Positions 25,783 to 34,901 of a stretch of DNA of 44,138 nucleotides are shown here, one piece after another; the first letter of the stretch is position 1; each line of letters opens with the position of its first letter. Below the pieces are notes generated by a model. That model had not been told where the DNA came from, did no database searches, and saw only the letters and a program-made list of their open reading frames with translations. Source of the DNA: Escherichia phage vB_EcoS_XY2; sequence record MN927226.1, one strand, 5' to 3'. A program made the translations under genes and the position numbers.

Positions 25783-26913
25783 ATGGCCCAGAAGAAAATA
25801 ACCGACGAACAGTTACAGGAAGAATTGAACGCCGGGATGAAGAATGTAGACATCGCCCGTAAATACGGCATCTCAGACCGAGTTATTCGTATCCGTAAAG
25901 CGAAGCTGGCTAAGAAAGGTGTAGGCCACGGGCGTGACGTTAGCCACCTTGTCCCAGACGGCTACAAGATTAAAGGGACGTCGTCTCTGGTAGACGAGTT
26001 CGGCAATACTAAGTTGCAATGGGTTAAGACAGACACCGACGCTGAACGTCAGGTCGAGTTGATGAAAGCCGTGATTGAAGGCATGAAGTCAGAGATTACG
26101 CCAGTTGCGCCGGCTAAAGCGACTCGAGCCAAACGCGACGACAAGCTACTCAATCTTTACACGGTATCTGATTTCCATCTCGGTATGCTTGCCTGGGCCG
26201 ACGAGAGCGGCGACGACTGGGATATAAAGATTGCGGAAGACCTGTTCTCTCGTTGGTTCGACGCGGCGTTTCAGAAAGCACCGGATGCAGGAACAGGAGT
26301 TATTAACCTGCTGGGTGATTTCGCGCACTTCGATAGTCTGGATGCCGTTACACCTGAGTCGCGTCACGTGTTGGACGCAGACACTCGCTACCAGAAACTC
26401 GTCCGCTACATGATTCGTATGGTACGCCGTGTTGTAGATATGGCACTGGTTAAACATAAAAATGTTCGCTTGCTTATCGTACAGGGGAACCATGACCCTG
26501 TAGGCTCTGTATGGCTGGCTGAAATGTTCACAGTTTTATATTCGAACGACAGCCGAGTGATTGTCGATACGTCGCCGGATGTTTACAAGATGGTGCAACA
26601 CGGAAAAACGACGTTGTTCTTTCACCACGGGCATAAGGCGCGATTCGATGCTATCGAACCGGTTATGATTGCCAAGTTCCGCAAAGCGTTCGGTGAGAGT
26701 GTTTACAGCTACGCCCACGTAGGCCACCTGCACCACCAGAAGATTGTAGAAAGCCGTAACATGATTGTTGAGCAACACCGCACCTTAGCGGCGAAAGACG
26801 CCTACGCCTCGCGCGGCGGATGGATGTCAGGCCGTAGTGCAAATGTAATTACTTATAGCGCCGAATATGGCGAGGTCGCACGTTTAACTATTTCACCGGA
26901 GATGCTGGGATGA
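25783..26913 (+). CDS. HTH domain fused to calcineurin-like metallophosphoesterase
   Basis: Ordered motifs SDFHLG, LLGDFAHFD, VQGNHDP, FFHHGH, HVGHLHH after an HTH-like N-terminus. Confidence 0.75.
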   Translation: MAQKKITDEQLQEELNAGMKNVDIARKYGISDRVIRIRKAKLAKKGVGHGRDVSHLVPDGYKIKGTSSLVDEFGNTKLQWVKTDTDAERQVELMKAVIEGMKSEITPVAPAKATRAKRDDKLLNLYTVSDFHLGMLAWADESGDDWDIKIAEDLFSRWFDAAFQKAPDAGTGVINLLGDFAHFDSLDAVTPESRHVLDADTRYQKLVRYMIRMVRRVVDMALVKHKNVRLLIVQGNHDPVGSVWLAEMFTVLYSNDSRVIVDTSPDVYKMVQHGKTTLFFHHGHKARFDAIEPVMIAKFRKAFGESVYSYAHVGHLHHQKIVESRNMIVEQHRTLAAKDAYASRGGWMSGRSANVITYSAEYGEVARLTISPEMLG

Positions 26914-27140
26914 CTTCAAAATACAACCGAACAATGACAAACACTCACGGCAGCACTATGACCGTAGACGTTTACGATGTTCTCCGTGCCTTCGACATCC
27001 GTGACCCCGCACTACAGCACGCATTGAAGAAGTTATTGTGCATGGGTCTTCGCGGGCATAAGGACACCGGAACCGACTTAGCAGAAGCAATTGAAAGTCT
27101 GGAGAAGTTACGGGAGTATCGAAGTAATATTGATGAGTGA
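26910..27140 (+). CDS. hypothetical protein (76 aa)
   Basis: ORF track; ATGA overlap with upstream stop. Confidence 0.55.
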   Translation: MTSKYNRTMTNTHGSTMTVDVYDVLRAFDIRDPALQHALKKLLCMGLRGHKDTGTDLAEAIESLEKLREYRSNIDE

Positions 27141-27143
27141 GAA

Positions 27144-27165
27144 AAAGGCCCCTTTCGGGGCCTTT
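27144..27165. terminator. bidirectional terminator AAAGGCCCC-tttc-GGGGCCTTT
   Basis: Perfect 9-bp stem between island end and major tail gene stop. Confidence 0.7.
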
Positions 27166-27168
27166 TCC

Positions 27169-28335
27169 TTACGCGTAGCTAATACGCTGTATTACAATAG
27201 AAGATTGGTATTGATTGCCTGTGGACTGTCCTTCTATGCTCTGAGTGATTGACTCAGGTCCGCCGATCTCTGGCGTAACCGCCGTGAGTTCTGCGCGTTT
27301 CAGACTGAAAGACATAGCCCCGTTTACCCCCGCCAGAATAGAGTTAATCTCTACCTGCTGTTCGTTGATAAACTTCTGAATCATAGCCATGTCATACAGC
27401 TTACCGGAGATGGAGAAGGTGTTAGCTGCGCGGCTACGTTCCACAAACGCAACGTTAGAGTTGCCGAGTTCGAACTGTGCGGACGCGCTGTTGTCGTTGG
27501 TGATGGTAAGGCTATCACAACGCAACGGCGTAGAGCCATCGAACACGGAAACGTCAACCGAAGAGAATGGCTCATCACCAAAAGTAATAGATGAGAAGTT
27601 GGAACCGGTCGGCGGCGTAGTGAGAATCTCCTGACTGCGACCGATGAATGGGAAGCTGCCGGTTACCATAGCGTTAACTGCCTGCTCAATAGTGAAACCA
27701 GAAACTTCCACGCCTTTGGTTAACGTGTACGCGTCAGTGCCGCCGCACTGGCCTTTGTACCAGGTAAGGATAGAGAACGTCTTACACGTGTTACCGGTTT
27801 CCAGCGTGTCGCCAGTTTTAGCCTTACTAGTTTTTGTCTCGGTGGTCAGGGTGTGTTGGATACCAGCACCAGTAACGACCGTAGCTGTTACTGCAGTAAC
27901 GATAAATGGTTTTGCGTTATCGCCTGTTAAGTCGGTAAACGCAATCAGGTCGCCTACCACAACTCCGTCAGTGATAAAGCTGCCGGTGGCACGTGTGAAC
28001 GTCTTGCCAGCCGGTGCGACGGTAATCGATAACCCTGACAGAGATGCGCCAGCCTGCCACGTAGAGCCTAAAGCCCCGGCTAACCAGTCGTCCTGGCTTT
28101 TAGAGCTAAGCTCAATTGCGTATTCACCGCTAACCTGTTTGTTACCGGTGCGGATGGATGTAGTTTCACGGCTGCCGTCCAGTTCGTTGGAGGTCAGCGT
28201 GTCGCGGGTAATAGCAGGAACGCCGCCAGTGTTACGCAACGGCGACCATACCGGGTTAGTCGGTGTTACGCCCGGGGTAGTTTCCGCCACATAGAATTGC
28301 GCGGTATTCGCGCCCTTAAAAGGAGTTGTAGCCAT
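27169..28335 (-). CDS. major tail protein
   Basis: 388-aa ORF before chaperone/tape-measure genes, followed by strong terminator; ATG 28335 with AAGAGG RBS. Confidence 0.65.
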   Translation of the reverse strand: MATTPFKGANTAQFYVAETTPGVTPTNPVWSPLRNTGGVPAITRDTLTSNELDGSRETTSIRTGNKQVSGEYAIELSSKSQDDWLAGALGSTWQAGASLSGLSITVAPAGKTFTRATGSFITDGVVVGDLIAFTDLTGDNAKPFIVTAVTATVVTGAGIQHTLTTETKTSKAKTGDTLETGNTCKTFSILTWYKGQCGGTDAYTLTKGVEVSGFTIEQAVNAMVTGSFPFIGRSQEILTTPPTGSNFSSITFGDEPFSSVDVSVFDGSTPLRCDSLTITNDNSASAQFELGNSNVAFVERSRAANTFSISGKLYDMAMIQKFINEQQVEINSILAGVNGAMSFSLKRAELTAVTPEIGGPESITQSIEGQSTGNQYQSSIVIQRISYA

Positions 28336-28337
28336 AT

Positions 28338-28751
28338 TCACAGCCTCTTGGTGAATGCAATAAAGTTAATTGACAATGGTCGTTTGGCCCATCCGTTTTC
28401 TACAATCAGCGGCCCCAGGCTAACCGATTGAACCTCGGCGCAGATGTCGTTACGCGAAAATGACTTACCTGCTTTAAACGCCGTGTTAAGTAAGTCTGCC
28501 ATTTTATTGATTGGCGCGCTACCTTTCACCGATGCGTAGTTAATGTCTACCTGATAAATACCAGAGCGTTGCTCAGTGAAGAACAAATCCGCCTGCTCGG
28601 TATCTGCCAGTAGCATGTAACTCGCCAGATACGGCGTATCGGTTGACGTCGGCGCGTCGATGTTTTCAAGCGCAACCTTGATGCCGTTGGCGGTTCCGAA
28701 GGCTACCAGCGGAACATCGAACGCTTTTGTTAAGTCCTCAAAGTAGCCCAT
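28338..28751 (-). CDS. tail completion / neck protein
   Basis: ORF track; TAATG coupling. Confidence 0.5.
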   Translation of the reverse strand: MGYFEDLTKAFDVPLVAFGTANGIKVALENIDAPTSTDTPYLASYMLLADTEQADLFFTEQRSGIYQVDINYASVKGSAPINKMADLLNTAFKAGKSFSRNDICAEVQSVSLGPLIVENGWAKRPLSINFIAFTKRL

Positions 28752-29251
28752 TATTTATACTTCCTCGCTTCTTCTTCGAGCAGTTTATTGAATCGCTGAA
28801 CGTTAACCCGGACAACACCTTGCGGAGCCTGAAGGGAATATCCGTCTGTGGTTGTTCTGCTGGGCGCTTTCGGCCTCAATGGGCCAACAAATTTAGAGCC
28901 TAAGTTAGAAGGACGCTTAGGGCCATGGAAGCCGGTAGCGTAACCCCCGAACTCTATAACTTCCGCATACGGCAGATTATTTGTCAGGGTGAACTCGCTC
29001 CAGTCGGGTAAACCAGACACGGTAGAAACCATGGCACTTATTGCGTTCGCCCCGCTAGGGTCAGTACCGCGGCTTGTACCGGAAGCGGGGGTACTGCCAG
29101 AGGCCATCCAGTTCATTCGGAACCGGCCTGTATCTACCGGACTCGCCTTTATAATAGCGGAAAACAGCTTGATAGACACCTGACGCATCACCTTCTCGGG
29201 GTTCTTCTTCGCCTTTTCCACGAACTTAGAGACATCAAGCGCGAAACTCAT
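28751..29251 (-). CDS. head-tail joining protein
   Basis: ORF track; ATGA coupling. Confidence 0.5.
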   Translation of the reverse strand: MSFALDVSKFVEKAKKNPEKVMRQVSIKLFSAIIKASPVDTGRFRMNWMASGSTPASGTSRGTDPSGANAISAMVSTVSGLPDWSEFTLTNNLPYAEVIEFGGYATGFHGPKRPSNLGSKFVGPLRPKAPSRTTTDGYSLQAPQGVVRVNVQRFNKLLEEEARKYK

Positions 29252-29607
29252 TTTCTCACCTGAATAAAGTATGCCACGACATCATCGTTAACCATCTTCT
29301 TCTCGATAGCTACAACAGACCATTGCTCGCCGCCAAATTGTACCTTGTCTTCCATCTTCGGAACGACACTGCAATCCGCTTTAACAATCATGTCGCCAGC
29401 CTGAATCGTCGTACCGTTCACCAGTCCTGCGTTTACCGGAACCGGAACAGCCTTCAACGGCAACACTTCATCCGCAGACCAGACGTACTCACCGAGAACT
29501 TCATCCCACACTTTCGAACCAGCGCGAATCAGAGATACCGTGCTACCGAATTTGGTTAACAGGCGTGTACCAACACCTTGCATACGTTTACTGAAAGCTG
29601 TTCCCAT
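29248..29607 (-). CDS. head-tail joining protein (119 aa)
   Basis: ATG 29607 with GGAGG RBS; TAATG overlap. Confidence 0.5.
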   Translation of the reverse strand: MGTAFSKRMQGVGTRLLTKFGSTVSLIRAGSKVWDEVLGEYVWSADEVLPLKAVPVPVNAGLVNGTTIQAGDMIVKADCSVVPKMEDKVQFGGEQWSVVAIEKKMVNDDVVAYFIQVRK

Positions 29608-30221
29608 TACGCGGCCTCCAGTCTCGAAATGACCAGTAGCGCGGATGGTGCTGTGCCCCATGCAGTTACGGTAGCCGCTTGTGGGTACACGCCGCCGAAG
29701 TTGCTCCCGGCGCTATCCCGCATAATCTGAACAGCAAACGTCTGGCCTGCGGTCGGGTTAATAACGACGCGGGACTCAATCGGGATTGTTATGTCGGTGC
29801 TAACCAGTTTCGTGGCGGCGGGCGAACCATACTGAGCGCCGTTAAGAAGAATGCGCGATAAAAGGATTGAGGTACCGCTAGCACCCGTGCGCCCAGCCTG
29901 TGACTTGATGCGAACGGCGTAGTTACCCACGGTGTTGAATGTAACCAGCCCGGCGGCATTAATCATTACCGGGTCAGATGCGCTTCCCTGAGCTGCACCG
30001 AAAGTTAACTGCAATGCTGTATCTACCGCGGTAGGCGCTTGTATTACGGTAGACGCAGCGCGGAGAACTTCAACCTCTTTAACCCCCGGAGTGGTGTAAA
30101 TAGGCGAGTCAGCCATCTGCGTCATTACTTCGCGTAATTTCGCGGGGGTGATAAGCCCGGTAGTGTTATCGGGAAGATTCGCTCCGATAAGGGTAAACAT
30201 CTCTGACTTAGTCTTCGCCAT
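29607..30221 (-). CDS. structural protein (204 aa)
   Basis: ORF track; within morphogenetic operon. Confidence 0.5.
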   Translation of the reverse strand: MAKTKSEMFTLIGANLPDNTTGLITPAKLREVMTQMADSPIYTTPGVKEVEVLRAASTVIQAPTAVDTALQLTFGAAQGSASDPVMINAAGLVTFNTVGNYAVRIKSQAGRTGASGTSILLSRILLNGAQYGSPAATKLVSTDITIPIESRVVINPTAGQTFAVQIMRDSAGSNFGGVYPQAATVTAWGTAPSALLVISRLEAA

Positions 30222-30223
30222 TT

Positions 30224-30736
30224 TTAACCCCGGTACACGTTAAACGAGAATCCATTGTTAAGCCCACCACACAGTAACGGGCGTAAGGCGTCGTCAGCAG
30301 CGGTAATAGAAGTTGTAGTGCCACTGTTGCCGTTGTTGAAGTATGTTACTGTTACCGCACCCTCAACACGCTCAGTCTGCACGGAACGCCCATCTGAGTT
30401 AGCCCGAACATCAGTACCCGCCCCGTACGTGGTGGACGCGATTACCTGCGCAAGAATCACCTGTTTTGGGATGGCATTGTTCGATACAGGGAACCCATTC
30501 AACGTCACGCCAGTGCGAGGGTACGCAAGAGACTGTTCGGCGGATACACGGCGACCGCACATCTGCGGTTCTGCAAGCCCGACATAAGTAGCACCGTTGC
30601 GCAGGGCCACCTCTGCGGCGGTATCGTCTGCAGGTAGCTCCAGACCATAATTAGCCGCTAACGCGCGGGCGTCAGCCAGACTAATGTAACTGTCAGCATT
30701 AGGTACTATTGACCCATCTTCCACGATTAGCGGCAT
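30224..30736 (-). CDS. head-tail connector / head completion protein
   Basis: ORF track; GAGGAA RBS. Confidence 0.5.
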   Translation of the reverse strand: MPLIVEDGSIVPNADSYISLADARALAANYGLELPADDTAAEVALRNGATYVGLAEPQMCGRRVSAEQSLAYPRTGVTLNGFPVSNNAIPKQVILAQVIASTTYGAGTDVRANSDGRSVQTERVEGAVTVTYFNNGNSGTTTSITAADDALRPLLCGGLNNGFSFNVYRG

Positions 30737-30739
30737 AAA

Positions 30740-30919
30740 TTATTCCTCTGACTTACGGCGGCGATGCTTAGTACCACCGCCGTTGTTGTGCGCTTCTTCG
30801 TTGTCCGGTTGAGTCGCAACCAGTTCATCCGCTTCTACCACACCGCGAACAGGCATCACCTGACCGTATAAAATATCAACGTGGGTGTACTTTTCGCGGA
30901 TTACATAATTATCTGCCAT
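30740..30919 (-). CDS. small structural-module protein (59 aa)
   Basis: Hand-translated MADNYVIREKYTHVDILYGQVMPVRGVVEADELVATQPDNEEAHNNGGGTKHRRRKSEE; AAGGAAAGG RBS. Confidence 0.4.
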   Translation of the reverse strand: MADNYVIREKYTHVDILYGQVMPVRGVVEADELVATQPDNEEAHNNGGGTKHRRRKSEE

Positions 30920-30955
30920 GACCTTTCCTTATTACGGCCCCGAAGGGCCGCTGTA

Positions 30956-31297
30956 TTAAGACACAGTTGCTACAGTGCTGCTGGAGATAATATTACCATA
31001 CGCATCGTGAACAACCACTTTATACGTGCCTGAATCTGCGCTAGTAGTAGACGCCTTCACATAGGAAGCAGCGTTTGCCCCGGCGATAGCGTTGTTGTTC
31101 TTGTACCACTGGTAGGAGTATGGCTCCAGACCGCCAGTTACGGTTACGGTCAGTGTCATAGTTCCCCCTGTGCTTACTGAGGTAGTACTCGCCAGCGCAG
31201 ATGAGAAAGACGCGGGGGCGATATTTGCCATATCGATTTTAGCGCCTACGGTATCGGCTGAAACACCGGTAATGCGACGTTTGATTACATCAACCAT
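30956..31297 (-). CDS. Ig-like domain head protein (113 aa)
   Basis: YQWYKNNNAIAGA...SGTYKVVVHDAYGN Ig-like pattern; AAAGGAG RBS. Confidence 0.55.
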   Translation of the reverse strand: MVDVIKRRITGVSADTVGAKIDMANIAPASFSSALASTTSVSTGGTMTLTVTVTGGLEPYSYQWYKNNNAIAGANAASYVKASTTSADSGTYKVVVHDAYGNIISSSTVATVS

Positions 31298-31309
31298 TTT
31301 TAAGCTCCT

Positions 31310-31609
31310 TTAGCTTACAGTTCCTGCGTTTTTAAGCGCAGTCAACAGATTTGCTACGGTAGTGCGCAGCGCGGTAACATCGGTTCGGAGTTTGTTGTAC
31401 TCCGCTACAAGGGCGTCGAACTCTTCCTTAGTCGGTGCCGCGGCGGACTGCACCCCGGCGGCGGCGGTAATGGCCGCAGGTGCAGCCACAGTAGCTGACT
31501 TTTTAACCCCACCAACTACGCTGGTAGTAGCAGGCGTGACTGGGATATCAAAGTCACCGAAGTCGACATTCTGAAGGCTGCGCGGCAAGCCTTTTCCGGT
31601 CTTAGCCAT
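31310..31609 (-). CDS. Ala-rich head-associated protein (99 aa)
   Basis: ORF track; AAGAGG RBS. Confidence 0.55.
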   Translation of the reverse strand: MAKTGKGLPRSLQNVDFGDFDIPVTPATTSVVGGVKKSATVAAPAAITAAAGVQSAAAPTKEEFDALVAEYNKLRTDVTALRTTVANLLTALKNAGTVS

Positions 31610-31632
31610 AATTTACCTCTTAGTAAATGAAA

Positions 31633-31652
31633 AGAGGGACCGAAGTCCCTCT
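31633..31652 (-). terminator. hairpin after major capsid gene
   Basis: AGAGGGAC-cgaa-GTCCCTCT; T-rich tract follows on minus strand. Confidence 0.5.
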
Positions 31653-31668
31653 CGATTATAGCTTAACC

Positions 31669-32718
31669 TTAAGCACCGACACCAGTTACCAGGAAGGCAA
31701 TCGGTACGTGCTTGCGGTCAACCACACGGTTCCAGTTGGAGGCGTTCGCCAGGTCCTGCCAGGAAGCAGAGCGCGGGGTAGTCTCGGTGCCGTTGCCAGT
31801 GATTACTGCACTGGTGAAGCTGTAACCAAACGGATGTAGCAACCAGGTCTTACGGGTCCACAGGGTTTCAACGCCGCCGCCGTTGGCACGGGACGCTTCG
31901 CGCTCGTATTCCAGCGGGTTGGACGGAGAACCTTCACCGTAACCGATAGCGCCGTTGCCGAAGATGATGGAGATGAACTTACGGGTCGGGCCAGTGCCGA
32001 CTACGGTCATGCTGTCGTCAACAATCACGCGGTAGCCCTGGTATGTGGCGAACATGGTGTTGTTGTCCGCGTCACGGATGAAGTCGATAAGCTGCTGCTT
32101 ACGTGCCTGCGCATAAACGAAGCTATGCATCGCGATAGCCCCCAGCACTTCACCGCCGTTGCCCATCAGAGCATCGCCCATAGTCTGGGTAGCGTCGATG
32201 AACGCGCCCGCATCGAAGCCCAGAGTAGCAGACACGTCGATTACCATGTCATTCTGCTCGTGGTATGCGTCGGTAGCGGCTACGTTGTCATTGTACAGCC
32301 CGAGCGCGGTAGCAATCAGACGGCGTTGTGCCTGACGCTGCCAGAAGTTATCCAGACGTGACGCTACGGATTGCAGCGGGTTCTGGCTGGTCAGTTCAAC
32401 GGTCAAATCCGCCTGACCGAAACCTTCGTTCAGGTACGCAACGCGCGCCATCATCTCGCCGGTCTGCACGTTACGCGGGGTGGCGATGTCCTGGTATACG
32501 TCGTTCGAGTAGTTCGGCTCGATAGAGGTATCAATCGCTTTCCAGAAAGGAATATTAGCGACGTTGGACGGGCCGCGGGCAATCTCGGCGGCGTATGGGG
32601 TCGGGGTGAGAATACCAGACTGGAAGAACGCGGTTTTTTCTACCGGGTCCTCGGTCATATAAGACGCCAGGACCGGGATGTTGCCAGTTACGATATCGCC
32701 GATAGTGGTAATTGCCAT
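31669..32718 (-). CDS. major capsid protein
   Basis: 349-aa ORF after scaffold gene and before terminator hairpin; GAGGAA RBS. Confidence 0.8.
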   Translation of the reverse strand: MAITTIGDIVTGNIPVLASYMTEDPVEKTAFFQSGILTPTPYAAEIARGPSNVANIPFWKAIDTSIEPNYSNDVYQDIATPRNVQTGEMMARVAYLNEGFGQADLTVELTSQNPLQSVASRLDNFWQRQAQRRLIATALGLYNDNVAATDAYHEQNDMVIDVSATLGFDAGAFIDATQTMGDALMGNGGEVLGAIAMHSFVYAQARKQQLIDFIRDADNNTMFATYQGYRVIVDDSMTVVGTGPTRKFISIIFGNGAIGYGEGSPSNPLEYEREASRANGGGVETLWTRKTWLLHPFGYSFTSAVITGNGTETTPRSASWQDLANASNWNRVVDRKHVPIAFLVTGVGA

Positions 32719-32720
32719 TA

Positions 32721-33422
32721 TTATTTCCTCAGGGCTTTAAGTTGCCGTTCAAATTCGGCAGGGTTCGATTTATACAGGGCTAAACGCTCTGCTTCACTCA
32801 TGTCTTTAAACGCTGGTGCGGCCCCGCCGCCTTTGCCACCGGAAGCCCCGCCGCCGGAAGCTGCATTTGCTTTAATCAAATGCGAAAACGCTTTGTGTTC
32901 ACGCAGGTATTTGCGGAACTGTTCCGGGTCAGTCGTGATTACGTTACCGTCTGCGCCGACAAACTTAGTAACCACATCATCACCTTCGAACTCAGTCTTA
33001 ACGAACGGCGCAAGGATGTCCACTGCTTCCGGGGTAATAAAGTCACCCGCGAAAGAGCCTAGCACCGCTTTACGTTCGCTGCCGAGGATGCGCTCTGCCA
33101 TTTTGGAGATGCGGCCATCTTTCTCGGCTAACACCGGGTCATACTGGCTACGAATCGTCTTTTCAAACTCGTCCATCTTACCGGCGGCCTTTAACGCCTC
33201 CTGGTGCGCACGCTGCCGTTCTTCTTCGGCCTCTTTTGCTTTACGGGCGGCTTCTTTCTTCTCCGCCAGCAATGCTTCCTGATTGGCCTTAAGCCCGGCA
33301 ACTTCTTTCTCAATCAGCGCCTGAACTTCTTCAGCGGTGAACATTTTAGGAGCGTCACCGCCACCAGCTTTATCTTCTGCTCCAGCTTCTTCCTGGAACG
33401 GATAACGTAAAAAACGATTCAT
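32721..33422 (-). CDS. head scaffolding protein
   Basis: Charged coiled-coil-like ORF immediately upstream of capsid; ATG 33422. Confidence 0.6.
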   Translation of the reverse strand: MNRFLRYPFQEEAGAEDKAGGGDAPKMFTAEEVQALIEKEVAGLKANQEALLAEKKEAARKAKEAEEERQRAHQEALKAAGKMDEFEKTIRSQYDPVLAEKDGRISKMAERILGSERKAVLGSFAGDFITPEAVDILAPFVKTEFEGDDVVTKFVGADGNVITTDPEQFRKYLREHKAFSHLIKANAASGGGASGGKGGGAAPAFKDMSEAERLALYKSNPAEFERQLKALRK

Positions 33423-33504
33423 AGTCAGTATGTCCCCTGGACGTTGGAATCCGGGCCACCCGGATTTACATGTCAAGAATAAATTATTCCAACATGCAAG
33501 GCAA

Positions 33505-33768
33505 CTATTCCAGAATATTCCTCACGTAATCCTGCAACATGAACACTTTCAGTCTCAGTTGCCGTACGCATTCAGCATTCTGAACGTCGACGGCCAAATC
33601 CTCATCAGCGTCGCTACTTGGCTGCGCCAGTTTGCACGGCGGCTGCATCATCGTCGTATCCGGGGATGGAATTGGCGTTGGCGACGGCGTGGGACTTGAG
33701 CTGCACGCGCTCAGGGTCAAAAGTGCACACGCTGCGACCAGGCGTTTTAATGTACTTAACGACTTCAC
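33505..33768 (-). CDS. o-spanin (Rz1-like outer-membrane lipoprotein)
   Basis: Lipobox LSAC after hydrophobic signal; Pro-rich mature region; overlaps i-spanin in another frame. Confidence 0.55.
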   Translation of the reverse strand: MKSLSTLKRLVAACALLTLSACSSSPTPSPTPIPSPDTTMMQPPCKLAQPSSDADEDLAVDVQNAECVRQLRLKVFMLQDYVRNILE

Positions 33769-34000
33769 GGGTAATCACCTCTGATTTCGTCTTGCCTTCG
33801 TTGTCAGCGGCGGCGGCCTTCGATTCATCCTGCTGCTGCCGTTGTGTTTTCTCCGCTAACTCAGCCTGTGCTTTCTGCTGTTGCTGCGAAACGAGATTAG
33901 CCCGGCCTTCGTTCCATCCGCTGCGATACTGGTAGATGCCGTGTGCGTAAACCAGGATGATGAAACATGCTCCTGCTACGACAGTTGCTTTAAGATTCAT
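33614..34000 (-). CDS. i-spanin (Rz-like)
   Basis: N-terminal TM ATVVAGACFIILVYA then Gln/Glu-rich coiled coil. Confidence 0.6.
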   Translation of the reverse strand: MNLKATVVAGACFIILVYAHGIYQYRSGWNEGRANLVSQQQQKAQAELAEKTQRQQQDESKAAAADNEGKTKSEVITREVVKYIKTPGRSVCTFDPERVQLKSHAVANANSIPGYDDDAAAVQTGAAK

Positions 34001-34011
34001 GTTTCCCCTTT

Positions 34012-34044
34012 CTCGATAAGTAAAGCCCCGCCATAAAGCGGGGC
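34012..34044 (-). terminator. hairpin GCCCCGC-N6-GCGGGGC then T-rich tract
   Basis: Read directly; 12 nt upstream of i-spanin start. Confidence 0.35.
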
Positions 34045-34251
34045 GCTAGTCCTTATCATTTAAACATAGAAACGGCGTAATCTCAGTAAACCAGTTACTT
34101 TTTACACAAGCAATAGAGTATGGCCCTTCCGAACGCGTCAGCGTAACTACACTCAGGACTTACGTCCAGCTCCGTTACCTGCCCGCGCCGCGGTCGCTTG
34201 TTCATACTTCACAAGCTCAGGTGGAGCTTAGCACATTTTTAGTGAAAAGTC

Positions 34252-34267
34252 AACTATTCGAATAGTT
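34252..34267. repeat. perfect 16-bp palindrome AACTATTCGAATAGTT
   Basis: Read directly, about 55 bp upstream of promoter 34320. Confidence 0.6.
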
Positions 34268-34319
34268 TATTCCAGAATTTACAATTGAGTGGAATAACTT
34301 GAATAAGTAAATAAATAGT

Positions 34320-34348
34320 TTGCGCACCCCAATATAATAGGGTACTAT
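34320..34348 (+). promoter_or_regulatory. early-type promoter TTGCGC-N17-TACTAT for DnaN-like gene
   Basis: ttgcgcaccccaatataatagggtactatcca; near-identical to 25334-25364. Confidence 0.55.
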
Positions 34349-34375
34349 CCAGTTAACTTAAACAGGAGATGAGAA

Positions 34376-34897
34376 ATGGTTACTACAGTAATTACTTTCC
34401 CTGCGTATGTAGGGGCGAAAATATGCAGGGCTAAAAATGATGTTCGCTACTATTTGAACGCTTTTTACATAGACCCTGAAGGATTGATAGTGTCTACGGA
34501 CGGTCATAGATTGTTCTGCGACAACGTGAAGACAAACGTCGAAACTGGAGTTCTAATAGACATCAAAGGGAGGGAGCCTTCTAAATTTAATTACGCGGAG
34601 GTAGACCACGACAACGGCAGTGTTTCTTTCTATGACGATAGTCGTGCGCTTATATGTACACTTCCGGTGTATGTTGTAGACGGAAAATTTCCTGACTGGC
34701 GACGCGTAGCGCGCATTACACCTGGTTCAGTTGATAGCATAGGGTTTACTCTGTGTTATTTGGCAGACGCGCACAAGATTTCTAAGGCATATAAAAATGA
34801 AATTGCTCGTTTCGATTTCCAGGACAAAACCAGAGGATGCAAAATATCATTTTCAAACACAGCATTTATGGTGTTAATGCCTGCGCGAGTTAAATAA
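34376..34897 (+). CDS. truncated beta sliding clamp (DnaN) homolog, domain II plus C-terminal part of domain III
   Basis: DVRYYLN, TDGHRLF, VDGKFPDWRRV, IGFTLCY and C-terminal FMVLMPARV match recalled E. coli DnaN segments; 173 aa vs 366. Confidence 0.75.
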   Translation: MVTTVITFPAYVGAKICRAKNDVRYYLNAFYIDPEGLIVSTDGHRLFCDNVKTNVETGVLIDIKGREPSKFNYAEVDHDNGSVSFYDDSRALICTLPVYVVDGKFPDWRRVARITPGSVDSIGFTLCYLADAHKISKAYKNEIARFDFQDKTRGCKISFSNTAFMVLMPARVK

Positions 34898-34901
34898 AAC
34901 T

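Noticed and set aside
32371-33282. 303-aa ORF on the plus strand overlapping the capsid and scaffold genes
   Set aside because: Antisense to two well-supported structural genes, low-complexity R/S/A/P-rich translation, no RBS; typical antisense artefact.
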